From contig CM022671.1 of the NCBI GenBank assembly GCA_012295275.1, positions 27,156,001-27,220,000 of the forward strand: DNA of 64,000 nt. Reading direction: 5' to 3'. Source of the stretch: Chrysomallon squamiferum. Taxonomy: Eukaryota > Animalia > Mollusca. Position 1 is the stretch's first letter. Every line of letters starts with the position of its first letter. Of this stretch, positions 49,307-63,139 are shown piece by piece. The notes below the pieces were generated by a model. The model saw only the letters and a program-made list of their open reading frames with translations. It ran no database searches and was not told the DNA's origin. Position numbers and translations under genes: made by a program.

Positions 49307-52300
49307 TAATTTTTTTATTTAATTATTAGCAACATTTTTAACACTAACTTGAGATTAAAACATCATTTGGTATTAAATGTCATTAAATTCTAAAGCTAAG
49401 TTTCAAAAAGTAAGTATATTTAGTAAGTTTTACCACTTAATTAAAATATAGAATCATTGCATTTTATGCAAAATCAAAAATTGGTTCATCTAAATTTGAT
49501 TAATTAGTACATTCAAAACAACATCATACTATAGAAAAGGCATTCTGAAATGGGAAAATTTATTGTTTTATTAACTAAATACAAAACCGTTAGAAAACCG
49601 CCCCACCAGACAAGAACATTAAGTGTCAGTAAAAAAGTAACATGTAGCTTGTAAAATTCTCATTAAAAGGAGAGTTATCACCCTTAGGTTACTGACCGAG
49701 ACTGCTGTAAGCGAGGGTCTTGGCAACCCGGTCATTCATCTGTGCAGCAATGCTGAGATGTTGTTCTTGGTATTTCACAGCATCCTCGTAGTTGCCTAGC
49801 GACTCGTGTGACAGGCCAAGGTTACCATAGGCACGACCTGCAGTGACCAGAAACAATGTTTATGTCAACTTTCATAAGATAACAACAACAACGATGACAA
49901 CATCAGTCAGACTAAGACTTTATTAACATATTACTTTACTAATAATAATGAATGAGCTGAAAAGCAAAGCATTCAGTTTTAGTTTTATTTCAGTTCAAAA
50001 GATATCATTATCTACATTTACATGTATTTATATGTAACATTTATATGTAACATGTATTTATATGTAACATAATACTATTTAGTATTTTAACATATGGTTC
50101 AATTTGCTGATTGTTTCCATAAAAGCCATATTACTTTTCTGGTATTTTATTAATAATCTGAGGTCAAATAACTTGACTGAGAATAGATATTAATCAACAC
50201 TTCTGCATTAATAAATTTTATATAAGCCTCTGTATTAGAAAAATGAGGAATACATTTTGAATCATATTTTTACTACATAGCTATTTAGTGGCAAACCAAC
50301 ACAGAAATAAGTGAAGTATTATTAGTAATATTACTAACACTGGCAAGCTGTGCTTTCTGTGTCCTCTGCAATCTGGAGATCCATCTGGTGGTATTTGAGA
50401 GCCATCTCATACTCTCCCATCTGCTGATAAACTCCACCCAGTCCACAGGCTGCATCACCCTCACACTGCTGGTCCTCCATCTCCTGGGCAATGGACAGCT
50501 GATGCTCCAGACATGAGATTGCCTGCTCAAAATTGCCAAGGAGACTGTGGAGACAGCCAAGTTCCCCATAAGCTGAGGCTTTGGCAGAAGACGAATTAAG
50601 TTCGTGGGCAACAACCAGCCTCTTTTCAAAGCAAACCAAAGCTTGCTGAAGATTTCCAATTGCTCTGTGTGCATTGCCAAGACCACGGTAAGCTTTATCT
50701 TGTTCTGAAAGGCTGCCAGACTGCTGAGCCAAAGTCAGAAACTGTTCATGACATTTTACAGCCTCCTCGTAGTCGCCTAAAGCTTCATAACAGTCACCGA
50801 GATTTCCAAATGCTTTTCCTTTGTCTTTCATTGTGACACTTCCATACAACTGTTCCAGCATTGCCAACTGCTGCTCAAACAGTCCTATAGCTTCCTCATG
50901 TTGTCCCATGTTCATTTTAGTGATGCCAAGATTACCACAAGCTTGAGCTTCTAGCCCACTGTCATGGAGTTCCCTGCTCCTTTCCAGCTGTTCCTCGTAG
51001 CACTTGTAAGCATTCATGTAATTAGCCAAGGACATGTGAACATTTCCTATGTTTCCATGAGCTCGACATTCACCTTTCAGATCATTTATCTCTTGTCTGA
51101 TATTCAACTCCTGTGTGTGGTAGCCCAAAGCCTTGTCATATTGCTCTGTGATTCGATGTGCTGTGCCTAGTGCTCCATAAGCTGTTGCTATCAGATCCTG
51201 ATTCTTACACTGTTTGGCCAGTTGCAGCTGTTGCAGATAGATTGGTATTGCTTCTTCTGGTGTCCCAGTCTTTAACATTATATCACCAATGTTACCAAGG
51301 GCTCGGAATTTACCTGGAGTATTTTTCAAGGCATCCATCAGACCAAGGCACTTTTTCTGGCACTCAAGAGATTCACTAAAGTTTTTCAGAGATTTATGGG
51401 CCAAGCCTAGATTGCAGTAAGCTCTGGCTAAGGCCAGTCTGTCTTTGCGTTCACGAGCCAAAGAAAGATCTTGTTCATAATAACGAACAGCTTTAGCATA
51501 GTTTTCCATAGTGTAATGAATGTAACCCAAGTTAAAGCAGGCTTTGCTTTCACCCTCCACATCATGCAGCTCTTGACAAAGAATTAGATTTTGCTCATAA
51601 AACGAAATTGCACTAGTGTAATCTCTCCTGGCACAGTAGAAGTTTCCAAGATTAAACAAAGCACGTGCTTCACTTGCTGTATCTTTGAGTTCCCGTGCAA
51701 TGTTCAGATGAGCCAGGTAGTGCTGCAGAGCATGCTCATACATGCCTAGGGCCTGATAGGCCACTGCCACATTACCATGAGTAGATCCTTTAGAATGAAG
51801 GTCGTTCACCTCAGAGGCTATAGCAAGTTCCTTGTTGTGATATTTCACTGCCTCCTCATATTGTCCTAAAGCACTATAAGCATTTCCAATGTTTCCATAA
51901 GCACGACCCTGACTTGCCTTATCAGCTAGAAAAGTGGCAATACGTAAATTAGTTTCATGAAGCTTCAGGGCAGCTTCGTACTCGTGCAGCTGGTGGAAGA
52001 TAATACCCAAATTTGCACAAGCTCTGGCCTCTGCCACTCGATCTCGAGTCTGTAAGGCATTATCGAGCTGCTTTTCATGAAACGTTTTGGCACCGATATT
52101 GTCACCAGCACAGCGAGAAGCGTGTCCTAGTCCAGCGTAGGCTCTTGCTTCCAAAGTTTTGTCATTCTTCTGTTCAGCCACTTTTAACACCTGCTTGTGA
52201 AACATCATTGCACGATCGTAATCTCTTTTGTAATGGTAAGCACTTCCTAAATTGCTGAACGCTCGGGCTTCTTCCACTGCATTGTTGACTTTTTTGGCAA

Positions 52301-55087
52301 TTTTCAGATGTTCCTGGTGACACTCCACCGCACTGTCAAAGTTTCCCATAGCCAGATACACAGCGCCAACGTTACCAATCTCTCTGGCTTCAGCCAGCTT
52401 GTCCCCACTTTGTTTCCTGAGTAACACACATTGCTTGTGACTGTTTAAAGCATTAGGGTAGTCGCCAATGGCAGTGTAGACATGGCCCAGACTGCTCAAG
52501 GCAGAGGCAGCAGTTTCACGGTCTTTGGATTTCATGGAGAGTATGAGTTGATAGCGGTTGTAGGTCAAGGCCTCTTTGTAATGACCTTTGGAAAAGTAAG
52601 CTGATCCTAGATTGCCGTAGGCACGACATTCTCCATCTTGATCTCCTGTAAAAATTATATTCAATATTTGAACAATCATTGCAGTTACCCTGATTAAATT
52701 TCCCTCTTTTTCAATCTATAATTTGAAATTTTTTACCTAATTTCAGAAATTAGTCATCTTCAAAACATTTAGAAGTCCACTGATTACTAGATATTACAGT
52801 TTTAAACATTTAGCAATTTTTCCTTTTTTTCCCAAGAAAAAAAATAATAAGGACCGAAGGATGAAGAAAAAGAAAAAATAAAGCTGAGAATAAAGAGAAG
52901 CTAACAAAGATGAAGAAACTGAAAAAAAGAAAAAAAAGAAAAATCAGAAAAATCAGAGGAAAAGGAAAAAGAATAAGTATAACAAGAGTTACCCAGAGCT
53001 TTGGCCACTGCTAAGTCTTGTTGCATATGGTGGATGGCTTTGTCTATGTTTCCAAGTCCCCAGTAAGCACTGCTTAGTGCAGAGAATACAGAACCTCGAA
53101 GTTTTAGACTGCATGTTCCAATCCTCAGTGCAGATTCTAACATAAGAACTGAAGCACTGAAGTTTCCAGCACCTAGCAACTCCTGACCAATCACAGAGAT
53201 GATTACAAAAGGACTACGATTCAGCCGCAGTCTCTCCAGCTGAAGGAAGGTGGCTTGAAGCTTGTCTGCAAAAAATTCAAATTACATGAATTTAAAAATA
53301 TTTGATAGTCCTCTTTTTCAGTTTAATAATTCTGTCAGTAAATTAATTAAAATTCAAATATAGTAGTAATAGAGAAAAAACATTTTAATCCCAGATTTCA
53401 AAAGAAGTTGAAGAAGAATGTATTATATGACAAACATTTTCTAATAATTAGTTACTATTACTATTTTTTCTTCTTTTTTTATTTATTTTTTTATTTATTA
53501 TTATTTTTTTTTTTTTTTTTCTACTTTTTACTTAGAAATATTATTCTTGAGGAACAAATGAACAACAAAAAAAAAAAAAAAAAATAATAATAATAATAAT
53601 TTACAACAAAAAGTTAAATAAGGTCATTGCTATCACTAATGTGATAAGAAGAAAGTTTAAATAAATGAATGATTATTAAACAACAATTCATTTTAATATA
53701 TATATGGTAGGTGTATGAGTTTTTCTGTAATAATGAAGAAACAAACTGCTGTTATTTTAAAAACTGGATCTTTTAGACAAGAGAGCACACATCTTGGCCT
53801 GACTGATAAACTGATATCTTGTTGGATGGGAAAATGGGTCAAAGAAATACATTAAGGATAACTGATGCTACTAACTATTATATCTGAGACGTGATTGTGT
53901 TGGAATGGGAAATATTTCAAAGAGTACACTGAGAATAACAGATCCCACAACTATTACATCACAGACTAGATCATGTTAGAATGGGAAATATTTCAAAAGT
54001 ACACTATTGCATCTCAGACTGGGTCATGTTAGAATGGGAAAGATTTCAAAGAGTACACTGTTGCATCTCAGACTGGGTCATGTTAGAATGGGAAAGATTT
54101 CAAAACCAAGCACTGAGAATAATAACTTACTGCATCTGAGACTTAGAACTCAAACCACTGAACTACAACCCCAGACCTAGAGGTCAGTTTGGCACACTGA
54201 CTGAATTTCACGACCTTTTGTGACCTGTAGGTGCAATTCACCTGGTTTAGAGAACCTGTCAGATTTAACACAGAGAAGAAGCAGGTCGACTCCAGTGCAA
54301 GAAGGTGGGATTAAATGAGTGTTGGGTCCCCACCCTGCCAGTTTACTGCAGCTCTGCTTCTTGTGTTTACCATCAAACTTTGCAATACATTAAAGAAGTT
54401 AACTAAACAAATAAGGAGTTTGTTCGCAAAGAAAATGTAAATATGGGATGGCTGAAAAAAATGAATGTGTGTGTTAAAAGTTTTTTTTTTTTTTTGTAAG
54501 CATGTTTGAATGAGGTGAAAACATCCATCTTCCAAGTTTTAGCAAACATGTCAAATACGTGCTAAACAGATGATCTGATATCGTATGATTATTTCTGTGT
54601 TTAGAAATGATTTGAAATTTTTAAAATTAAAAAAATTGATACTTCTAAGTAAATTTTAAAACAAAGAATGATTATTGTTTTACTCGCCTATATATATATA
54701 TGATGAACCATTTTTATTATTTTATTTTATTTCATTTTATTTTATTTTTATTTATTTATTTATTTATACTAAAATATATTTAATTTTAAAAGTTGTATCC
54801 ACCATAAAAGTGACATCATCTCTTCTGCAGTTGTGAACATGTCCTCAGTGCTAATTTCAGAAAAACGGTGATTATAATGTAAGATTTTAATTAAAATACT
54901 ACACTCATGGCGAAGCTATGTATTTCTTTGTGAACTCACCTTTAAGTGGAGAGCAGAGAGCTGCATCCACCAAGCTGGTGAGCAGGGGAGCATTGTTGGG
55001 ATCTTGAACCAGTCCACTGGCAAATGCACCCAATGCATCTCCATGTTGACTCAAATGTTGTAGAGCAACCCCTTCTCTGAGATAGGC
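38867..55087 (-). CDS. TTC28: Tetratricopeptide repeat protein 28 (TPR array, CHAT domain, long disordered C-terminus); 5' exons not found in the window
   Basis: 14 exons with consistent phases: 55087-54940, 53265-52993, 52645-50339, 49837-49697, 48997-48720, 48254-48002, 46288-46120, 45701-44381, 43984-43753, 43282-43206, 42828-42720, 42195-42088, 41801-41602, 41293-38867; about 2680 aa. Motifs: AYLREGVALQHL, GTCSLKLRGSVFSALSSAYW, many RAYGNLG-type TPRs, YKLSLFDLQTACYQALQ, HFAAHISWKLS, HPSNWGGW, and C-terminal SSKC. Confidence 0.95.
44381..45701 (-). CDS. TTC28: TTC28 CHAT (caspase/HetF-like) domain exon
   Basis: Motifs ALVVGNP, EATKGAVL, VIHFAAH, LLTAADILNLKLNAKLVVLNS, DGVIGLTRSLLSAGAQCVLFSLWPVPD, HPSNWGGWVLVG. 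Confidence 0.93.
45945..46053. repeat. (GT)n followed by a dispersed repeat of about 65 bp; second copy at about 60881-60962
   Basis: aaaccattaagattactgcaatttgaaattttaaacacagaatgcaaaaagtaaa versus aaaccactaatattactgcaattgacatttcaaacacagaatgtaaaaagtaaa; both directly follow a GT run. Confidence 0.75.
46276..47382. repeat. 56-bp minisatellite, 20 copies, built from the TTC28 intron/exon junction
   Basis: Unit aacttgacaattcctgtaacgagacaaacagaaaactgaaaaccatctagttatat starts at 46276, 46332, 46388 ... 47323. Four units are 54 bp and one is 47 bp. There are no unique spacers. Confidence 0.97.
50339..52645 (-). CDS. TTC28: TTC28 large TPR-array exon (2307 nt)
   Basis: Continuous ORF of roughly 40-aa repeats (E.RA..NLG..Y...G.Y..A...H.Q.L.IA). 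Confidence 0.95.
53815..54141. repeat. Degenerate tandem repeat of about 52-75 bp (about 5 units) in a TTC28 intron
   Basis: The core gcatctcagactgggtcatgttagaatgggaaagatttcaaa occurs twice exactly (about 54009 and 54063), with diverged flanking units. Confidence 0.8.
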
Positions 55088-57339
55088 CTGAAATAGATAA
55101 ATAAATAAATAATCAAACAAACAAGCAGACAAAAAACAAACAAATAAATAAATAAGCAAGCACACAAATATTGATAAATATTTTTTTAAATTAAAAAATT
55201 ATATAAATAAATATTATTTTCTTTTTACTTTTATTCTTGTTCTCTTTTCTTGTCTGTAAATAAAACAAAAATATAATATTCACCGATTTAAAATTATTGT
55301 TCTTGTTGTTTTCTTATTCTTTTTTGAAACTATTTTTTTTCACCATCGTCACCATCATCAACATCATCACCAGTAAACAGGAGCAACAGCAATGTTGAAA
55401 AAATAATGACACTATGAAAACAATGCAAGCCACTACATAACTATTTTCTTATTTACAAACATTTTAACCCCGAACACTCCCACCTGTCACACTGCTGACA
55501 GAATGTGTCAAAGCACAGAGCTTGTGTCAAATGTAAAAGAGTTAATTTCAACATGAAACTGTTCTGTTATTTTATTAACAGCAGTTTTGCAAAGTATTTC
55601 CATTTTTAACTGAAGTCTGATTTGTTTATGAAATTCTGATTGACTTGTGGTGTTTTCTGAACAAACCTGTAATAATACTGTTCATTGCAGATGATCACTG
55701 ATTATATTTACATAAATTGCTTAAAATAACATCAAGCCCAACAGTGAAAAAACAAATAAAGATTAACTATAAAGAAACCCAAACCTGCCAGTAAATGATC
55801 CAAGTTAATAATAACAAAGTTTTGTTTACAAATGGCTTTCTTTTTCAACAAAAACTCAGGTAGATTAGCTGTATCTCATATTACTGAATACACTTGTTAA
55901 TACAGGAAAAGGGTGACATGTAACCCACCTCTTTTACTTTTCTTAACAACATCTCATGTTACTGTTACAAGAAAAGGGCAACATGCTACCTACACCATTC
56001 AGTTTTAAACAATTTCTCAAGTTTAATGTACACACTGATACTGAGAGATAATGATGGAATGCAAGCGTCTTTCGTTTTCTCAACAGTATTTCGGGCAAAT
56101 GGTGGAATACCATCTATGATTTTCACTATTTTTAAAAAACAAAATTAACAACATGAAGCTGATGTAGAGATGACAAACACAGGTGTGTCTCTCTGTGTAT
56201 GTACATGTGTGTGTGTGTATGTGTGTGTGTGTGTTAGTAAGTTATACAGTCTTCTTCATAAGTATTCCTCTCAGGTTGTTTTCATTAAGTAAACTCTGAC
56301 TGACATCTCACAAAGAGAAAACATTAACAATACAAATACTGATCAATGGGATGACCCATGCAAGCATCCTTCCTGGTTTTTCTTTTATATATATATATTT
56401 TTTTTTTCTTTGAAATGTAACTCAATTCATTTTGCAGGTTAAACCCATCATGATGATGGTGCCCCCAATTTTCAGAAATGTTGTATCCTCCCACTGTCAT
56501 GTATTGATAAAAATATTTACTGGGTTCAAATGTACTGGTCAATTGTTGTTTTTTCTTTTTTTTTTTTTTTTTTTTTTATCCATTGACAAATCTCATTAAC
56601 ATTCAGTTGTGATTAAAATAAAAATATTAGGTGATTATCACAAACATTAAACTGTATATTGAAAATTAATATACTTCCTGCATACAGATTAAAAGAAAAT
56701 ATTTTTAGTTAATTACATTATTCAATCAGATATTCTTGTTGTTCAATTTATTAATGATAATGACAATGACAGACAAAAAGAGAAACTGAAAGAAAACAAC
56801 AATAATAAAAAATATCCAAACACGCAACACAAAAAAGAAAAAAATCCACCAAAACCCCCAGACAACATCAATAACCCAAAAAATAATATTAATTTCAGGA
56901 TGATAAATAGAAAAAGGAACACAGAGTAGTAATAATAATAATAATAAGCTGGTTTTAACACAGAACATGGATTAGCTAAGAGACAGACCACATGCACTGT
57001 CTGGGCTTGAATACAAAACAGTAACAACTGAAAGGATCAGTTACCGCAAGCTGGCTTTCAAGATGAACTTAAGAGGATCAACCAATTACATGTAATTTTA
57101 TCTGTCAAAGGAACTCAGCGGGTGGTTCCATTCACTACCACTTTAACCAATGAATGGCAACATATTAGGAAACTGTTGGAAGCCATTATGAAATAAGTCA
57201 TGGTTTTTAGTAATCTCTGAGATTAAAATTCTTCTGTCCCCTCCTGTGAGGTGATTGTAGTGAATGAACCAGCAGAGAGGTTATACTGCCATTTATGGGA
57301 TCACTGAAGGTGAAAAGGTCATTGTTAGGTGTATGTAAA

Positions 57340-57383
<44 letters not shown>
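57340..57383. repeat. (AAT)n microsatellite
   Basis: Direct inspection. Confidence 0.9.
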
Positions 57384-57385
<2 letters not shown>

Positions 57386-60300
57386 CAACTACTACTACAA
57401 TGTAAATAAATGAAGTGAAATGAAGTAAAATAAATTAAAATAAAATATTCCCCCTTCACAAAACAAGACAAAAAAAAATTAACTAAAAAATTAGAGCTAC
57501 ATATTTAAATGAAATTGTAAGTTTTGGTTTTGTTTGTTTGGTTATCATATGAACATAATTAATATTTTGGCCATTTCTAATGTCTTGTAGATGTGTGAAC
57601 TGTTTGCTATACATGAATATATAATGTAACTAAATTAAGTGTGGATGTGTGTGTGTATATATAAATATATATAAGTATGTATGCTTAGTTACATTTAATA
57701 GTAGAGTAATACTGTATGTTTAATGATATGGCTGATGCAATATTTATTGTAACAATGTCAGGTAACTGTTCTGTACAATCAAAGATCTAATCACCAGGCA
57801 ATAACACACAGCTGTCTGGTAATCACAAAACACACGTCAGAATATAAAAGTGTGGATACTGTGCAATAAAAATTAAGTCACCAGCATGGGTGCAAGGAGG
57901 AAGGTGCCTTAATTTGTATTGTGAAGCATATCTAGAAATCAAAATTTAAAAAAAAGATGCTCTGAAGCATGAAATAGTCTATCAAAAATCAATTATTGTC
58001 AGTTGTGTAACTTTTCAATACATTTGTTCAAACAGATCATCATTACTGATGTGAAAAGTAGGTGAAATGGAAAGATATAAGATGACGACATCAAACAACA
58101 AAAGTTTTTTTATTTTATTATAAGAATTTAATGCAAAAATGATATGATATTTATCCTATAAAAAAAAAATATACCAAAAGCACAATTTAAAAGATTTTAG
58201 AAAATATCTGAATGTATGTGAGTCCATGATTTCATTATTTTATTACCAGCACATGAGGGAAAATCTGCAGGGATTAAGTGATAACAGCAGTAATAAAATA
58301 TGTAAAACAGTAAACTGAAGAACTGAAAACTGAAGTCATGTTTTCCTTCTGCTCACTTCTGAATATTTTATTACACCGAAGGCTAAACGCAGTGAAAGAG
58401 AATATCTTGAATTTTTATTGTTCACCAGACCTTGATGATCCCCATGGCAACAGTGTTGTAAGACTTGACAGTTTTGTTTTAAATGGTGCTGAACACATCA
58501 AAGACAGTAGTATTTAGCCTTAGTGATAAAGATGTATTCTGTTCTGACTTCTGCAGTCTCAAATTTCTTCTATGATAAACCAGTCATTTATTTCTATTTT
58601 ATTTTTTTATCACCCTGTTGCAATGATCGCTAAAGCAGTCTGAAAAAGGATATATGAACTAATAATCTAGTTCATTTTCTTTTACCTTTATTTTTTTTTT
58701 AATGGCTAACAGGGTTGGTTTATTAAAATTAACTATTGCATGGAACAGACTGCATACAGAATGACAAATGATTGGAGAAAACAAAAATAAAGAGGTCGTT
58801 TTGTTTTCTATTATGAATACTAGAGATTATTCAAGTTCTTCAAGTGAACTCGTTGCATTCATGATCAATGACTTTCATAATTTATGTGCTAAAAACACAC
58901 AAAGATAAAAGATAATACTATCTATACTACTGTTTCACACTTCATTAATTCTGACTTGATATGAACAAGCTATCCTTGGACTATTCTTACTAAGAAAATA
59001 AAAGGATCAAAAGAAAATAAATCATAAAATTTTTTAGTTAATTTTGTTTTATTTTCATTGTATAATTACTTTTACCTGTAAATATTTTAATACAAATTAC
59101 AAGAATAAAACAATTGGTAAAGAAAAATAAAAACACAAAATAAAAATAAACAAATAAATAATAAATAAAAACAATGAAACCCAAAATAAATGTTTTATTT
59201 CATCCTCCAAATTCATATATATTAGTTTTACATATAAAAACCCCACATAAAATGCTTAAAAAAAAAGAATAATAAAATGGTTTTGGATATATACACCTGA
59301 ACTGCAAAGACTAAGTATCTGTCTAATTGTATATTAATATTAACAGTTGTTACATTCCAAACATTTGTTGTCAGTAACAATATAGCATGCTAGCTTTATC
59401 CTTTAACAAACAGTATCCATTACATGCACCTTCCCATATACTATCTTTGATAAAAAAAAAAAAAAAAAAAGAAGGGGGAAGTGGCTGGAACAAGAAATAG
59501 TTCAAACCATGAACTGAGTAAAACTGACACTGTCATCTGTTACATCTTAAGCAATACTTCAATAGTTCAATTACGTCAAACTGCCATTAACAATGTAAAC
59601 AATTGAAGCAAAAAGACTGGTAAAAGATCTTGTCATAATCAGTTAAGTGAAAGATAATGCTACATGTAAACTGTTATCACATCAAACACAGGTCCTTGGC
59701 AAAACCCATTTCTCACTGGATATCACTGAAACACAGGAAGTCCTCAAGCTGTAATCTGTTACACCTGTATCCAGATTTAAGACGGAAACAAAAATAACAA
59801 TCGTATAAAAGATTAACAAGGCAGCTTCCTAAACATCCATCCAAATGTCATGTTTGACTTGTCATTTTTATATTTGGAAGTGGTGTGTGAGACCTGCCAG
59901 TTCTCACAGTGGTTGTAGTATTTCACATGTACCGTTCATTCACCACGGCCTGTTCTCACGATGGTCATTCTGCGTCACCCCTGTCAGCTTTGTCACCCTG
60001 GGGTGAACTAACACACCCCTTTGTCACCAGAGGTGCCATTTTTGTTGGGTCAGCCATGTCTTGTCTAGTACCTCTTTGACAAAACTGTTTGTGTATGTTA
60101 CTGAAAAATGGTGTTGCCATGGCAAATCCTCCCCTCCCAATAAATCTCATGTCCAAGAAAAATATAATCAGAAAGTGGGTGGTGGATGTTTAACTAACAG
60201 TTTAAACTGGTTGGACAGAAGAATATTTTCATCAATGTGATAATTGATACTGGACAGTGAAAATGAATGATTACCATGGGATTGGAGAAGCATTTCACCT

Positions 60301-60468
60301 TTTCTTCTTCTTCTTTTTTGATTAACAAAAAATTTTATTTTAACTTTTGCTGGATTTTTTTGTTGAAAATTTCAATATTTAGCCTTTGATAGACTCTTAA
60401 GAAGTTTTTCTTTTTTTTAGTTTCTGCTTTTTTAACATTATTTTTGTATAATTTTTTTTTTTTTTTTT

Positions 60469-60499
<31 letters not shown>

Positions 60500-62042
60500 C
60501 AATCTTGTTTATTTAATATATTCATTTTTGGCATATATATTCCATTAGACATTAAATCTTAACTAAAAGTGGTTAATTAAACTGTGAATGTTGTTTAAAT
60601 GACACATTCTTTCTCACCCTGGATGTTTAAAATGCTGGAACGTTGGTGTACAAACCATTAAATTAGAACCATGTTAATTTTACTGTTAAGTTTGAACTCT
60701 TCAACAGAACAATAAACTCACACAATAAAAGTGTCAAACAGAAGAAGGAATTTCTCTAATAGTAAAACATTCTTAAGTGTTTAAGTGTTTATCAGCAAGT
60801 ATGAATGAGTGAAGACTTAACAGCAACTCAGTATAAACATATTATTAATGATAATATTATGAAAAACAGATTCTAATTGTTGTGTGTGTGTGTAAAACCA
60901 CTAATATTACTGCAATTGACATTTCAAACACAGAATGTAAAAAGTAAATTTCAACTGATGTTCTTTTTACAGCTTTTAAAAAACAAGATATGGTTGGAAT
61001 TGGTAATAAGGCAGTGAGGAGACCATCATACCTCAGATATGTACCCAGATTACTCAGATATATACACTGTTTTGTCTCTTATGCTTAATTAGTGTCTATG
61101 TTTGACCATCATGTTATACTTATGACTTATGTATGTGTACACATATGTGAGTATGTACATATATGTATATTATGTTTGTGTATGTATGTATGAATATATG
61201 TATGTATGTAGGTATGTATGAATGTATGTATGTAGGAATTTGAATGTATATACCTTACTCAGTATGTATAAATATTTCTATTAAAAATGTTATTCGAGAT
61301 AAACGACACATGTAAGAAAAAACAAATAAGAAATGTCTATTCTTCCACACAGCAGGGGGACATAACTTAGATATCAGACTGGCAGACATTTGTAAAGAAT
61401 GGCGACTGTGTTAACTGATAACATTCATACAAATAACACAAAATATCTCTCATTGTTCTGTGGTCGCTTTTTTTTTTTGCTTGATCACTGAAGAATGATA
61501 CAAACTGAAAAGAAATCCTCGCTTGTAATCTGTTCAGTGTTCCACAAGCTGACCATCCAGCCAGTCTATCATTACATCAATATTGTCTATTCTACCATAT
61601 TAATGTCATCATGTCAACAATACAGTAATTAAAAAAAAAGACTTTACAAAAGATTTAAATAATAAATCTGTTTGGAAAAAAAATCCAAATAATGTACATT
61701 AACTACTGGTATGTAGTGAATTAATAAAATGTGTGTAAGTAATATAGCAGTAAACAGATAGTTTGAAATATTGAGAGAAAGCATCATGCTGGTTAATGGA
61801 TGAAATAAATTAATGACAGGTGTATCAGGCATAAAAGTGTGTAATTGTTCATTTAATTTATGTCTGTTATTTATTGATTTGGAAATAAGAAAATGTCACA
61901 TAATAATAAATTATGTTACTTAGTACAAAAAAAACCCCACAAAACAACAACAACACTGGACTATTACAAACAGATACTAGTAAAGGATCATTTTATATGG
62001 GACATGGAAAAAAAATGGAGTAAAAAAAAAAGATGTGTGAAT

Positions 62043-62044
<2 letters not shown>

Positions 62045-62107
<63 letters not shown>
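62045..62107. repeat. (GT)n microsatellite
   Basis: Direct inspection. Confidence 0.95.
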
Positions 62108-62108
<1 letters not shown>

Positions 62109-63059
62109 CACTTCTTGCATTTTTAACAAAACATTTTTTTTAATATATATATCTTTCCATAGGGATGAAAGTAAAAACAAAAAAAGACAAAAAAAAACCA
62201 CACCACAAAAACAAACCCATGACCCATGATAAACTGGAAACATGTCTATCAAAACAACAAAAAACCCGACAAGCTTATGACCTATGATAGACTGGAAACA
62301 TGTCTGACAGTTGCATGTTCAGAACCAATAAATTCCAATCAGAACTTGCAAGGTCATGGTGTTCCCTTCCATCATCCTTTTGTGACTGAGGATCGAAGAA
62401 AACAAAATTATCTGTTTATTTACAATGTTGAACAAAAATAAATAGTCTATATCCTTTTCAATGATGAAGAGATTAAAAAGGTAATATATTTTTTTTAATT
62501 TAACACGTGAATGTGTTAAAATTCTGTAAATATATATAGACTAGCTTCTTCTTGTTTTTAATGTGTTTTTTTTTCTGTGATGGTCTATCTTTACAGAAAC
62601 AGATAAACCAAAGGTTAAGTCTACACCAGGCCTGATTACGTTGTGTTGATATGGTAAATCACTTGATGGATGAAGTGAGAAGTAATCAAGAAAGCACTGA
62701 AATGTGCATTTAATGGTGAACTTGCCTGACAACAGGCACTAAGACTGGAAGCAAGGTGAGGCTATCACACACACAGAACCGAGATCCACTGTTCTCTTGG
62801 CATATAAATGTCATGCATGATTGTCTGTCCATTCCAGTCTCTTTGGCAGAGTCAATGGTTGTGTGCCCATGGCAGGCATGGTTGAGCTGTTCTCTGTTAT
62901 TTTACCAGACTGAGCATTACAACAAACTTTATGACTTGTGATATGAGATGAAAGGAGAAGTTTAAATCTGGAAACCACACCCAACTATTAACTATAAGAA
63001 AAACAACAACTTAATTTTAGTCTCAGCTTTAGCTACTGATTTAATAATAAACAAACTGT

Positions 63060-63068
63060 TATTATTAC

Positions 63069-63136
<68 letters not shown>

Positions 63137-63139
63137 TTA
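63060..63139. repeat. (ATT)n microsatellite
   Basis: Direct inspection. Confidence 0.9.

Noticed and set aside
39049-52258. Overlapping antisense or alternate-frame ORFs within the large TTC28 exons
   Set aside because: These are expected shadows of long coding exons with no independent motifs.
44381-52645. Bacterial TPR-CHAT protease or horizontally transferred defence gene
   Set aside because: It is interrupted by GT-AG introns, carries TTC28-specific motifs and lacks the catalytic Cys; it is ordinary metazoan TTC28.
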